A DNA stretch of 64,000 bases from an uncultured Candidatus Saccharibacteria bacterium (GTDB lineage Bacteria; Patescibacteriota; Minisyncoccia; Phycocordibacterales; JAKAEA01), in assembly GCA_964577595.1 (NCBI GenBank), contig CAZNZK010000002.1, positions 86,163 through 150,162 on the forward strand, read 5' to 3'. The translations under genes and the position numbers were made by a program. This document shows, in pieces, positions 9,423 through 18,994 of this stretch (position 1 is the stretch's first letter; each line of letters begins with the position of its first letter). Under the pieces are notes generated by a model. The model was not told the origin of the DNA and did no database searches. It saw nothing but the letters and a program-made list of their open reading frames with translations.

Positions 9423-9571
9423 TGGCTCAATGGCGTCAAGTATACCACCTGCACTAAACTGCGCTTCTCGCTCGTAGTACTAGCACGAGGAGAGTTCTTT
9501 AATTTTTCAGAACCATCCCCTTTAAATTAATAAAAAATTCACCAAAACACAAATAAGGACGTAAAACAACT

Positions 9572-10111
9572 ATGAAAAAAATCATTGGAATTGTCGGCAG
9601 TTTGCGAGCCGGTTCATATAACAAAATGCTCATGAATGCCGTTAAAACAGCGGCAGAAGCAAAAGGTTTGGCATTGACGATTGCGAACTTTGAAAGTATT
9701 CCTTTCTTCAACCAAGACCTGGAAAAGAATCCACCGGCTTCAGTTGCAACTCTTAAAGAGCAAATAAAAGGAGCGGATGCAATCATTATCGCCACGCCCG
9801 AATACAACCGCTCAATTCCCGGCGTCCTCAAAAATGCCACAGACTGGACATCGCGACCTTACGGCCAGAATGCTTGGGACGGAAAACTAGTAGCTACTAT
9901 TGGCGCAAGTGGCGGCATGACAGGTGCTATGGCCGCGCAATATGCCTTAAAACAAGTATTGCTTTACCTGAACGCTCAAGTGCTTGGCCAACCGGAATTT
10001 TACCTCGGCCTCGCCCAGGATAAATTTGACAAGAATGGCATGCTTACCGATGAAACAACTAAAAAGAAAATCAACGAATTGTTGGATACCCTAATAAAGG
10101 CGATGCGGTAA
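9572..10111 (+). CDS. NAD(P)H-dependent FMN reductase
   Basis: MKKIIGIVGSLRAGSYN, ATPEYNRSIPGVLKNATDW and GASGG flavodoxin-like motifs. AAGGA RBS upstream. Confidence 0.85.
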   Translation: MKKIIGIVGSLRAGSYNKMLMNAVKTAAEAKGLALTIANFESIPFFNQDLEKNPPASVATLKEQIKGADAIIIATPEYNRSIPGVLKNATDWTSRPYGQNAWDGKLVATIGASGGMTGAMAAQYALKQVLLYLNAQVLGQPEFYLGLAQDKFDKNGMLTDETTKKKINELLDTLIKAMR

Positions 10112-10843
10112 TTATAGCTCCAGAATTAATTTTTCTAGCAATAGGTCCAAATCGCCCATCCCCCGATGGGCGTCGTGGTATATAGAAACCATATTTTTTG
10201 AAAGTGTTTTGATTTCTCCCGCCGAAAAATTACCGGCGAACTGTTTAGCTTTGCCATAGACGAACGGCTTGAGGCCAGCCGCTTCGGCGCTTCCCGCCTG
10301 CCCTGCCAGAAGTATCGATTTTATTTGCCAGAAAAGCGAGCCATGGAGCTCTTCGGCTACGGAGCCATTTTCTTTTTGTTGAATGTATAGAGCCCAGAGC
10401 TGTTTTTTGTCGCGGCGGCCGAGTGCGTCGGCTAATGCAAATGGCGATGTGCCGCCTTTTTTGCCCCATCCCCCGCTTTCGTCTTTTTTCAACTCGTATT
10501 CTTGGATTTTTTTGGCATGCTTTTCAAACTTTTTCAGCTCCGGCTTGAGCAGTTTCTCCTCAAGAATTATAAAAATGTTTTCCGAAGCGGCCAGTCGCTC
10601 TAAGTTTTCTAAAATGAATTCTTGGAACTCTTCATTAATGAAGAGCCGGTCCAATTCCACAATAAGCCGCGCCACAAAAAGCCCCTGGCCGCCTATAAGC
10701 TCGTCCAGGAGGCCGAGCTGAAAAGTATCGGCATTATAGCGACCAACGGAAGCGTCCGGCTTTTTGACAACAAGCGAATCCACCAAAGCACGCTCTTTGG
10801 TACGTGCCATTTCTGTATCTGAGCCATAAATAAGGTAGATCAT
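10112..10843 (-). CDS. DNA polymerase III delta-subunit-like protein (short HolA-like)
   Basis: N-terminus MIYLIYGSDTEMARTKERAL resembles the HolA N-terminal domain. No Walker motif. Located immediately downstream of polA. Weak assignment. Confidence 0.35.
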   Translation of the reverse strand: MIYLIYGSDTEMARTKERALVDSLVVKKPDASVGRYNADTFQLGLLDELIGGQGLFVARLIVELDRLFINEEFQEFILENLERLAASENIFIILEEKLLKPELKKFEKHAKKIQEYELKKDESGGWGKKGGTSPFALADALGRRDKKQLWALYIQQKENGSVAEELHGSLFWQIKSILLAGQAGSAEAAGLKPFVYGKAKQFAGNFSAGEIKTLSKNMVSIYHDAHRGMGDLDLLLEKLILEL

Positions 10844-10848
10844 GCTTA

Positions 10849-13287
10849 TTAAATTTCTCGTAAATCCCCCCAGTCTTTGCCGGCATTGCCATTGGCTAAA
10901 ATAGGCACGCCCGCGGCCTTTTCGGCCGGCAAGGTAGACTGCATAATTTCTTTTATTTTTGGCGCGACTTTGGACACCAACTCGGCAGGCATTTCAAAAA
11001 TGAGTTCGTCGTGCACCTGTAAAAGGAGCTTAGCTTTTTCAACTAAGTTTTGCTCACGCAACCAGGTGTCAATTTGCCCCATAGCCAGCTTTATCATATC
11101 GGCTTGTGTGCCCTGCATCGGCGCGTTGATAGCCATGCGCTCAGCCGCGGCTTTAATAAAGGGTAATTTTGATTGAATACCTTCAATGTAGCGACGACGG
11201 CCAAAGAGGGTTTCAGTATAGCCCTTGCGCTCAGCATCAGCTTTGGCGCGGTCAATATAGGCCGCCAAGCCTTTAAATGTTTCAAAATAAATATTGTAAA
11301 ACTCTTGAGCTTCAGCGCGCGTACCGCCGAGGTTGGCGCGCAAAGCATTCACGCCCATGCCATAGAGAATACCGAAGTTGATGACCTTGGCCTTGCGCCG
11401 CATTTCTTTATCAACCTTTTCCACCGGCACTTTAAAAACCTGAGCAGCAACTTCCGCGTGTACGTCGCGACCATTTTTGAAAATCTCAATGAGCCCAGCG
11501 TCACCGGAAAGGATAGCCGCCAAACGCAGTTCAATTTGTGAATAATCAAAGCTCACGAGCTGTTGGCCGGGTGCCGCCACAAAAGCCGCGCGAATGCGCC
11601 GGCCGAGCTCGGTTTTAATCGGAATATTTTGCAAATTTGGATCCTGCGAACTCATGCGCCCCGTGGCTGCGCCTATCTGAATAAAAGTGGTGTGCAAGCG
11701 ACCATCGGCGGCAAGTAGATTGGGAATATTATCAATATAGGTGGAGAGGAGCTTTTGAAACTCGCGATATTCAAGAATAAGGCCAATAATAGGATGTTCT
11801 TCGCGAAGCTTTTCCAATTCCGATTCTCGGGTGGAAAGCGCCCCGCCGCCGGTTTTCTTTTGATTCTTTGCCTTCAAACCCATCTTCACAAAAAGCACCT
11901 CACCGAGCTGGCGTGGCGAATTTATATTGAATTCACCTATAGTTTTGTCGGCCTCGTTAGCCAGCCGCAAAATTTCCGCGCGCAATTTTTCCAACTCAAC
12001 GTGATATTCCGTGCTTAATTTTTTGAGATACCCAGTATCAATCGTAATCCCCCGCTCATGCATGGCCGCCAAAATAGGAATGAGTGGCTTCTCAATTTCC
12101 TCATAGACCGTTTCCATGTGGCGCTTCTTGAGCTCGGCCATAATAACTTCCCGCGCCCTGGCGAAAGAATCCGTTTTGGCAAACTGCAAAATTTCACTCA
12201 ATTCCGGATTGCTCAAATTAGAATCAACCACTGAAAGGGCCACGGCCGCTTCCTTCAACAGAACCGGATCAATTTCTTCAGTTGAAACCGGCGTAACAGG
12301 AGCGTCTTCAGAGACACCTTCTTTTGGCGCGGCCCCAAGCACCGAGCGCACCCGCGCCGGCAGTGTCCGAAATTCCAATTCGGAACACAAAGCGTCAACC
12401 GCTTTCAAATCAATCGTTTCGCGCCACGATTTTTCCGGCATCGCGAATTCTATAGGCGCATCGCGGCGAATCGTGGCCAACACCTTGGAGAAAAGCGCCT
12501 CCTCTTCTCCGTCCTGGAGAATCTGAATGATGCGTGGACTCAAACCGGCCTTTTTAAATTCTTCTGGCTTCTTCTTCAGTGCTTTGTACATTTCCTCAAT
12601 CGTGCCAAATTTTTGTATTAAAATGGTGGCGGTTTTTTCGCCAATACCCTTGATGCCGATAATATTGTCGCTCGGGTCGCCACGTAAGCCCTTATAATCG
12701 GGTAAAAGCAGAGGTTTAAAACCAAAACGCTCCTTCACCCCATCTTCATTATAAATGACCACGTCTTTAATCCCCTTCCGCAAAGTGTAGACGCGCACAT
12801 GGTCATCAACCACCAATTGCAAAGTGTCCATGTCGCCAGAAGCAATAACTACATCAGTCTCTTTATCGTCTTTCAACTTCTCACAAATTGTGCCAAGGAT
12901 GTCATCTGCTTCAAAACCGCCCTTATCATAAATGGGAATAGAAAAAGCCTTAAAGACGTCTCGAGAGCGATTTATCTGAACGGCCAGCTCGGTATCCATT
13001 TTTGCCCGGCCGGCTTTGTATTCTTTGTAAATCTCATGCCGATGCGTTTCTTGTGGTAAGTCGTAGCAGGCCACCACGTAATCGGGCGATAAATCCTCCA
13101 CGATCTTCAAAAGCATCGCTATTAAGCCGTAAAGCGCCCCTGTGGGCTCGCCCTTTGAAGAGGCAAAATCGGGCAAGGCGTGATACGCCCGATGGATAAT
13201 GGCGTGCGAATCCAATAAAACGAGGCGTTTTTTCTGCCCAGCACCACTTTTTTCATTCTTATTTATGGTTTTTTCCTTTTTCGCCAC
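10849..13287 (-). CDS. polA: DNA polymerase I
   Basis: 5'-3' exonuclease N-domain (LVLLDSHAIIHRAYHALP), polymerase motifs RRKAKVINFGILYGMG (motif B) and QVHDELIFE (motif C). Confidence 0.95.
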   Translation of the reverse strand: MAKKEKTINKNEKSGAGQKKRLVLLDSHAIIHRAYHALPDFASSKGEPTGALYGLIAMLLKIVEDLSPDYVVACYDLPQETHRHEIYKEYKAGRAKMDTELAVQINRSRDVFKAFSIPIYDKGGFEADDILGTICEKLKDDKETDVVIASGDMDTLQLVVDDHVRVYTLRKGIKDVVIYNEDGVKERFGFKPLLLPDYKGLRGDPSDNIIGIKGIGEKTATILIQKFGTIEEMYKALKKKPEEFKKAGLSPRIIQILQDGEEEALFSKVLATIRRDAPIEFAMPEKSWRETIDLKAVDALCSELEFRTLPARVRSVLGAAPKEGVSEDAPVTPVSTEEIDPVLLKEAAVALSVVDSNLSNPELSEILQFAKTDSFARAREVIMAELKKRHMETVYEEIEKPLIPILAAMHERGITIDTGYLKKLSTEYHVELEKLRAEILRLANEADKTIGEFNINSPRQLGEVLFVKMGLKAKNQKKTGGGALSTRESELEKLREEHPIIGLILEYREFQKLLSTYIDNIPNLLAADGRLHTTFIQIGAATGRMSSQDPNLQNIPIKTELGRRIRAAFVAAPGQQLVSFDYSQIELRLAAILSGDAGLIEIFKNGRDVHAEVAAQVFKVPVEKVDKEMRRKAKVINFGILYGMGVNALRANLGGTRAEAQEFYNIYFETFKGLAAYIDRAKADAERKGYTETLFGRRRYIEGIQSKLPFIKAAAERMAINAPMQGTQADMIKLAMGQIDTWLREQNLVEKAKLLLQVHDELIFEMPAELVSKVAPKIKEIMQSTLPAEKAAGVPILANGNAGKDWGDLREI

Positions 13288-13379
13288 CCATCAACTATAC
13301 CATTACATTGTACAGGTAGCAGATTTTCCTAGAACTGATTACTGAATTATGAAAAACTCGCCCCGGCGACGGAGCGAGC

Positions 13380-13709
13380 TTATGAGTGTGCTGATTTTTC
13401 TTTTTCCTTCCGATGGAGGACGAAGGTGATGAAGCTCCCCACAGTCAGCCGTTCCACCTTGCTTGTATCGTTCAAAACCTCGTCCCAGGCGCGCTGAACA
13501 TTTTCCGACCAGCGAAGATTGAGGTTCTTGTCGTTCTTGAGATACCCCAGAAGGATTGGGACGTCCTCCGCTTCGCCGATATGAGTGATCCGAGCATCCA
13601 CAGGAAGTTCCTTTTCAAGATCGCACGCCGTTGCCAACCGGATGTACGACTTGACCAAAAAAACGATCTCTTCTGTCTCTTCCGGAGACAGGTGGCCATT
13701 GTTTGACAT
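13380..13709 (-). CDS. Hypothetical protein
   Basis: 109-aa ORF in the gap between polA and tsaE. No recognisable family. It overlaps antisense ORFs. Confidence 0.3.
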   Translation of the reverse strand: MSNNGHLSPEETEEIVFLVKSYIRLATACDLEKELPVDARITHIGEAEDVPILLGYLKNDKNLNLRWSENVQRAWDEVLNDTSKVERLTVGSFITFVLHRKEKEKSAHS

Positions 13710-13783
13710 ACCTACCTCCTTTGTTAGAACTAAAACAATTTATCCTGTCGGCACTATAGTACGAAGCGGTACTGGTGGCAATG

Positions 13784-14245
13784 TTAGTGGATTTTTCTGA
13801 TAGTTTCGTTGATATGAGAAAAATGCAAACGGATAGTGGTTGTGGGTAGCACATCGCCAAGACGTTCGGGCCACTCTATTAGAACAAGGTTGGCTGGGTT
13901 GGCGATAATTTCGGCGAAACCGAGTTTCACCAGTTCTTGTGACGACTCCAACCTATAGGCATCAATGTGAATGAGGTGTTTGAAATTACTTTTTACTGAT
14001 TTTGGAATTTCATAGATTTTTTCAATGACAAACGTGGGGCTGGTGACGGTTTCGGCAACACCAAGCTCGCGCGCTACCGCTTGGGTAAAAGTGGTCTTCC
14101 CCGCCCCCAACTCCCCCGAGAAGCCAACAATAGTGGCGGTTTTATCATTGGTGGATTTTTTAAGAGCTAGTAAAAAATCTCGGGCGGCCATGGCGACATC
14201 AGCAGGACTGGAGGTGTTGCGTTCTGAAAAAACGAAGTTCTTCAT
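13784..14245 (-). CDS. tsaE: tRNA threonylcarbamoyladenosine biosynthesis protein TsaE
   Basis: GELGAGKTTFTQAVAREL P-loop, SPTFV and HIDAYRL motifs. The start was chosen at the internal ATG (MKNFVF); the ORF extends to 14272. Confidence 0.75.
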   Translation of the reverse strand: MKNFVFSERNTSSPADVAMAARDFLLALKKSTNDKTATIVGFSGELGAGKTTFTQAVARELGVAETVTSPTFVIEKIYEIPKSVKSNFKHLIHIDAYRLESSQELVKLGFAEIIANPANLVLIEWPERLGDVLPTTTIRLHFSHINETIRKIH

Positions 14246-14304
14246 TTGCTCGGAGCATACCACAAAACACATCCCTGAGTGCGGTCTGCTATACTAATGC
14301 CTAT

Positions 14305-16044
14305 ATGGTTACTTTTGATGACGACAAGCAAAATGAAAAGATTTTAGAAGTGCGCCGCAAGGAGGAAGAGAGCTTGGCGCAAACTATGGCCAGCCGTCAC
14401 GACATTGGCTACATTGACCTCTCAGCCGCGGCTGTCAACAGTGACGCTTTGCGTGTGGTCACCGAAACGGAAGCCCGCGAAGCAAAACTGGCTGTTTTTG
14501 ACATTCTTGACCGAAAATTAAAAGTGGCCGTGCTTGGGCCGGAAAATCCCCAAACCCAAGCCGTACTGCAACAGCTTGAGAAAAAAGGGTACGTTGCCAC
14601 CCTATATATGGCTTCTATAGAAAGTTTGGAAAAGGTATGGAAACGCTATGCCGATCTTTCCTACTCGGCAAAAGTCCGTGGCGGTGCTATAGATATTTCC
14701 AACGAGCAAATTAACGAGCTCACAAAAAGCATTACGCACATTGAAGATGTGCAGACGCTGATTAACAAACTTCTCGCTGAAACTAAGGGCTATCGCATTT
14801 CAAGTTTGCTCGAAATTATTCTTTCCGGTGCCATAGCTCTTGCCGCTTCCGATATCCACATCGAGCCACAGGAAAAAACCGTCGTGTTACGCTACCGCCT
14901 AGATGGTGTTTTGATGGAAGTAACGAAATTCGCCGGCGATGTGTATCGCCTTTTACTCTCACGTATCAAACTTCTTTCTGGTATGAAATTAAACGTTACG
15001 GGAGCGCAAGACGGTCGCTTCAGTATTATTGTGACTGATTCAGAAATGGAAATTCGCTCTTCTATCTTGCCTTCCAACTATGCCGAAAGTATCGTTATGC
15101 GCGTTTTAAACCCAGGCTCTATTTCTGTGCCACTTGAACAACTCGGCATTCCGCCAAAACTACTCGCGCTTTTAGAGCGTGAGATTGCCAAGCCGGAAGG
15201 CATGATTCTCACCACCGGCCCTACGGGTAGCGGAAAAACCACAACCCTCTACGCTTTTTTGAAAAAAGTCCACACGCCGGATATTAAAATTATCACTATT
15301 GAAGATCCTGTCGAATACCACGTCGGCGGCATCGTTCAAACGCAAGTAAATGAGAAAAAAGGTGGTGCTTTGGAAGGCTTACGTAATGCTCTGGAAGAAA
15401 CGAGTAGCGTCTCTCAGGAAGGAAGCTATACCTTCGTGGAAGGTTTACGCGCCGCTCTGCGCCAAGACCCTGATGTTATTATGGTTGGCGAAATTCGCGA
15501 TGCCGAAACAGCGGCCATCGCTGTTAATGCCGCTCTCACCGGCCACCTAGTGTTCTCTACCCTGCACACCAATTCCGCTGCTGGCACATTTCCGCGCCTC
15601 ATTGATCTTAAGGTCAACCCTAAAATCATCACCTCCGCCCTTTCCGTGGCCATGGCTCAGCGCTTAGTGCGCAAGCTTTGTCCGAAATGTAAAAAAGCTA
15701 CGCCGCTTGAAGGAAAAAATCGCGACATCGTTGAAAGAATCGCCAACTCAATTACCGACCCGGCAGATAAAGTAGCCGTGCCCGCGCAGATTTTTGAACC
15801 CGTTGGTTGTGATGCCTGCAACAATACGGGGTACAAAGGACGCCTCGGCCTCTACGAAGCCATTGTGCGCACGGAAGCAGTTGAAAAGGCGGTCAATCAA
15901 AATCCTAGTGAGCGCGAAATTTGGAAAGCGGCTGCCGATCAAAAAATCCTCAACATGAAGCAGGACGGTATTACTAAAATAATTGCCGGCATCACTTCAC
16001 TTGCTGAAGTGGAGCGCGTGATTGATTTGGAAGAATCTTGGTAA
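14305..16044 (+). CDS. pilB: GspE/PilB-family secretion/pilus assembly ATPase
   Basis: Walker A TGPTGSGKTTTLYAF, Asp box ITIEDPVEY, His box GHLVFSTLHTN, and C-terminal tetracysteine CPKC...CDAC. Confidence 0.9.
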   Translation: MVTFDDDKQNEKILEVRRKEEESLAQTMASRHDIGYIDLSAAAVNSDALRVVTETEAREAKLAVFDILDRKLKVAVLGPENPQTQAVLQQLEKKGYVATLYMASIESLEKVWKRYADLSYSAKVRGGAIDISNEQINELTKSITHIEDVQTLINKLLAETKGYRISSLLEIILSGAIALAASDIHIEPQEKTVVLRYRLDGVLMEVTKFAGDVYRLLLSRIKLLSGMKLNVTGAQDGRFSIIVTDSEMEIRSSILPSNYAESIVMRVLNPGSISVPLEQLGIPPKLLALLEREIAKPEGMILTTGPTGSGKTTTLYAFLKKVHTPDIKIITIEDPVEYHVGGIVQTQVNEKKGGALEGLRNALEETSSVSQEGSYTFVEGLRAALRQDPDVIMVGEIRDAETAAIAVNAALTGHLVFSTLHTNSAAGTFPRLIDLKVNPKIITSALSVAMAQRLVRKLCPKCKKATPLEGKNRDIVERIANSITDPADKVAVPAQIFEPVGCDACNNTGYKGRLGLYEAIVRTEAVEKAVNQNPSEREIWKAAADQKILNMKQDGITKIIAGITSLAEVERVIDLEESW

Positions 16045-16053
16045 TAAAAACCC

Positions 16054-16221
16054 ATGAATACTAAATCGCTCGTATGGCTAGGTTTCGCGGTTGGTTCAAC
16101 TGTTGGTAGTTTTATACCTCTTTTGTGGGGCGGTAGTGAATTTTCAATTTCTTCCATTCTTTTGGGCGCTCTTTTTGGCATTGTGGGCATTTATGCCGGC
16201 TTTAAAATAAGCCGCTACTGA
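16054..16221 (+). CDS. Small hydrophobic protein (55 aa, two predicted TM segments)
   Basis: Manual translation gives MNTKSLVWLGFAVGSTVGSFIPLLWGGSEFSISSILLGALFGIVGIYAGFKISRY. It starts 10 nt after the pilB stop and is below the ORF-track length cutoff. Confidence 0.3.
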   Translation: MNTKSLVWLGFAVGSTVGSFIPLLWGGSEFSISSILLGALFGIVGIYAGFKISRY

Positions 16222-16299
16222 GCATGTATAAAAAAACCGCTTGACATGCGGGATAAAAAAGCCCCTAACCACTTTTTTCTATTGCCAGTCCCTATTAAA

Positions 16300-16510
16300 G
16301 GGGTACGATACTCATATAGAGATTCGCCGGCGGGAGCCGACGATTCCACTGCGCGAATCTCTAGGCAAGACTTTTAACACGCACGCTAAAAGTGAAGTGA
16401 ATTCCTAAGGGGAGCGACAGTAAACTACCCGTGAGGGTAGTAACCAGCGCATCCTCGCGAAAACACCCTGAAGTCCGGAGACTTTTGCCTAGAGATTCCC
16501 GAAGTGGAAA
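16300..16510. ncRNA. Candidate structured RNA / regulatory leader with nested and mutually exclusive helices (unclassified)
   Basis: An 11-bp inverted repeat (16317-16327 with 16353-16363). A 12-bp long-range pairing atctctaggcaa (16357-16368) with ttgcctagagat (16486-16497). A GNRA hairpin ctaccc-gtga-gggtag (16425-16440). Direct repeat tagagattc at 16317 and 16490. Confidence 0.25.
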
Positions 16511-16615
16511 TGAGAAACTAGCGTATACTTACTATATACGACTGAAATCTATCAGTATTCTCTGAAATATGCTTTTATTTGAGAACTTTCCACATGTTAG
16601 CACAGAATAGTTTTT

Positions 16616-17644
16616 ATGTCAACCCCCGCGAAAACTAACGAGTCGCAAGAAGAAGCGGCGGAGAGTACCGTTTACTTAGATGTTGCCTTGCGCCCAAGCC
16701 GTTGGGACGACTACATTGGCCAGAAAACCATCAAGGAAAACCTGAAAATCCTCCTTGGCGCGGCGGCCGAACGCGGTCACGTACCTGAACATATTCTTTT
16801 TTACGGCCCACCCGGCCTCGGCAAAACAACCCTCGCCTACCTTATAGCCAAAGAGCTCAACGCACAGATAAAAGTGACCTCCGGCCCGGCCATTGAAAAA
16901 GTGGCTGATTTGGCTTCAGTGCTCACTAATTTAGCCGCCGGCGACATTCTTTTTATAGACGAAATTCACCGTCTCAACAAAACCGTTGAAGAAGTGCTTT
17001 ATCCCGCCATGGAGTCGGGTTCTTTGGATATTTTGATAGGCAAAGGCCCTTCGGCGCGCACCGTGCAACTTCCCCTACCTCCTTTTACGCTCATTGGTGC
17101 CACCACCCGCATTGCCCTGCTTTCTTCGCCGTTGCGCTCGCGCTTTTCCGGCGGTATTTTTCGATTAGAATTCTATACGCCAGAGGAAATTACCAGAATT
17201 GTGCGCAATTCAGCCACAACTTTAGGCGTCGGAGTTGATACTGACGCGGCAGCAGCCATCGCCGAGCGTAGCCGCTTCACGCCCCGCACCGCCAACCACC
17301 TTCTGAAGCGCGTCCGCGACTATGCCCAAATGCAACGGCGCGATATCGACGCAGCTATTGTGGCCGAGGCTCTCACCCTTCTTGGTATTGATATCATCGG
17401 CCTCAACCCTTCTGACCGTTCCGTACTGGAAACGATTATTAAAAAATATAACGGTGGGCCTGTAGGCCTAGAAACCATTGCGGCTTCCCTTTCGGAAGAA
17501 GAAGCCACTATTGAGGAGTTCAACGAACCCTACCTCATTCAAATCGGCATGGTGGAACGCACCCCGCGCGGCCGCATGGCTACTAAGCATGCCTACAAGC
17601 ATCTCAACTTGAAAATTCCACAAGATAAGTTAGATTTAAAATAA
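16616..17644 (+). CDS. ruvB: Holliday junction branch migration ATPase RuvB
   Basis: GPPGLGKTTLA Walker A, ILFIDEIHRL Walker B, and a RuvB-C winged-helix region. Confidence 0.95.
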   Translation: MSTPAKTNESQEEAAESTVYLDVALRPSRWDDYIGQKTIKENLKILLGAAAERGHVPEHILFYGPPGLGKTTLAYLIAKELNAQIKVTSGPAIEKVADLASVLTNLAAGDILFIDEIHRLNKTVEEVLYPAMESGSLDILIGKGPSARTVQLPLPPFTLIGATTRIALLSSPLRSRFSGGIFRLEFYTPEEITRIVRNSATTLGVGVDTDAAAAIAERSRFTPRTANHLLKRVRDYAQMQRRDIDAAIVAEALTLLGIDIIGLNPSDRSVLETIIKKYNGGPVGLETIAASLSEEEATIEEFNEPYLIQIGMVERTPRGRMATKHAYKHLNLKIPQDKLDLK

Positions 17645-17648
17645 AAAT

Positions 17649-18191
17649 ATGTCTGGACACAACAAATGGTCAAAAATTAAACGCCAAAAGGGCGCCGAAG
17701 ACGCGGCTAAGAGTAAACTTTTCGGTAAGCTCGTGCGCGCCATTACTGTTGAGGCAAAAAAGGCTGGTGTTAGCTCTATAGGCAAAGGAGCGCCCATTTC
17801 TGCCGGCTTAGAAACTGCTATTAAAAAAGCCCGTGAAGCAAATGTTCCCAACGACACCATAGAGCGCGCTGTAAAAAAGTCTAGCGAAAGCGCACAAATG
17901 GAAACGGCTGTTTATGAATCCTACGGCCCCGGCGGTTGTGCACTCATTATTGAAGCCCTTACCAGCAATAAAAATAAAGCTGCCCAGGAAATTAAAGCAA
18001 TTTTAGCAAAGCATGATCTCGCATTGGCCGGCCCCGGCTCTGCCACCTGGGCTTTTGAAAAAACCCATGATGGCTGGGTAGCAAACACGCCCGTTACCGT
18101 CAACGAAGAGGATGGAAAAAAACTCAGCGAGCTTGTTGACGAACTTGAAAACAACGACGAGGTTCAGGATGTGTACACGAATGCAGAATAA
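17649..18191 (+). CDS. yebC: YebC/PmpR-family transcriptional regulator (short form)
   Basis: MSGHNKWSKIKRQKG...KSKLFGKL N-terminus, and C-terminal EVQDVYTN. Confidence 0.8.
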   Translation: MSGHNKWSKIKRQKGAEDAAKSKLFGKLVRAITVEAKKAGVSSIGKGAPISAGLETAIKKAREANVPNDTIERAVKKSSESAQMETAVYESYGPGGCALIIEALTSNKNKAAQEIKAILAKHDLALAGPGSATWAFEKTHDGWVANTPVTVNEEDGKKLSELVDELENNDEVQDVYTNAE

Positions 18192-18678
18192 AACACGCGT
18201 CATTGCTATTGACCCAGGATACGAACGTCTTGGTATTGCTATTTTAGAATCCGACCTGGTTTTACATTCAAGTTGTTTTCAAACAAAAAAATCACTTCCC
18301 CACCACGCCCGCCTCGCCGCAGTTCATAAAGAGCTTGCACGGCTCATTTCGGAATTTCAGCCGAACGCTTTGGCCACCGAAACACTTTTTTTTAGTAAAA
18401 ACCAAAAAACAGCGATGGCGGTGGCGGAAACTCGCGGCGTTATTCTGGCTCTAGCAAGCACACAGGGTTTGAATATTTACGAATACTCGCCCGCTCAGGT
18501 AAAAATCGCCGTTACTGGTCACGGTGCCAGCGATAAAAAGCAGGTGGCCGTTTTAGTAAGCAAACTCATCGTACTTCCTCATGTGCCGAAGTATGACGAC
18601 GAATATGATGCTGTGGCTATAGGCCTCACTTGTTTTGCTCATGAAAAATTCAGTAAAAAAGACTTTTCCACAGCCTAG
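18181..18678 (+). CDS. ruvC: Crossover junction endodeoxyribonuclease RuvC
   Basis: RVIAIDPGYERLGIAILE catalytic Asp region. The start was set at the in-frame ATG (MQNKTRV), which overlaps the yebC stop by 11 nt. Confidence 0.85.
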   Translation: MQNKTRVIAIDPGYERLGIAILESDLVLHSSCFQTKKSLPHHARLAAVHKELARLISEFQPNALATETLFFSKNQKTAMAVAETRGVILALASTQGLNIYEYSPAQVKIAVTGHGASDKKQVAVLVSKLIVLPHVPKYDDEYDAVAIGLTCFAHEKFSKKDFSTA

Positions 18679-18757
18679 CGCTAAAAGAATTGCAAAAGTT
18701 TTCGCTATTTGCTACAAATGAGCCAATTACTAATGGTAGTATGAGAAATAAAAATCC

Positions 18758-18994
18758 ATGAGCGAAAAGAAGAACAAAAGGCCTTTTGGCGAAGACGCAG
18801 ACAAGGATGATATTGGTTTTCGCATTCCGAGTAATCCTGGGATGAGCGAGGAGGAAAAAGAACCAGGGGAAGAGGGTGATATAGAAACAAAAGAAGAAGA
18901 TGATTCAAATGACGCGGAAGACGAAGACGACTTTGATAACGAGGAGCGTGGTTGGCACACGTTTGACATGGACAACCCCGACGAAAGTCTTTAA
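18758..18994 (+). CDS. Hypothetical highly acidic small protein
   Basis: 78 aa, rich in Asp/Glu (EEDDSNDAEDEDDFDNEE). It fills the ruvC-tyrS gap. Low-complexity, so coding status is uncertain. Confidence 0.3.
   Translation: MSEKKNKRPFGEDADKDDIGFRIPSNPGMSEEEKEPGEEGDIETKEEDDSNDAEDEDDFDNEERGWHTFDMDNPDESL

Noticed and set aside
16222-16615. RNase P RNA or tmRNA in the ruvB-upstream structured region (5' gggg..gattcgcc, a gaagtccgg element)
   Set aside because: The order of candidate conserved blocks is wrong for RNase P (the P4-like gaagtccgg lies 3' of the CR-II-like segment). No tRNA-like T-arm or CCA end exists for tmRNA on either strand. Kept only as an unclassified structured RNA candidate.
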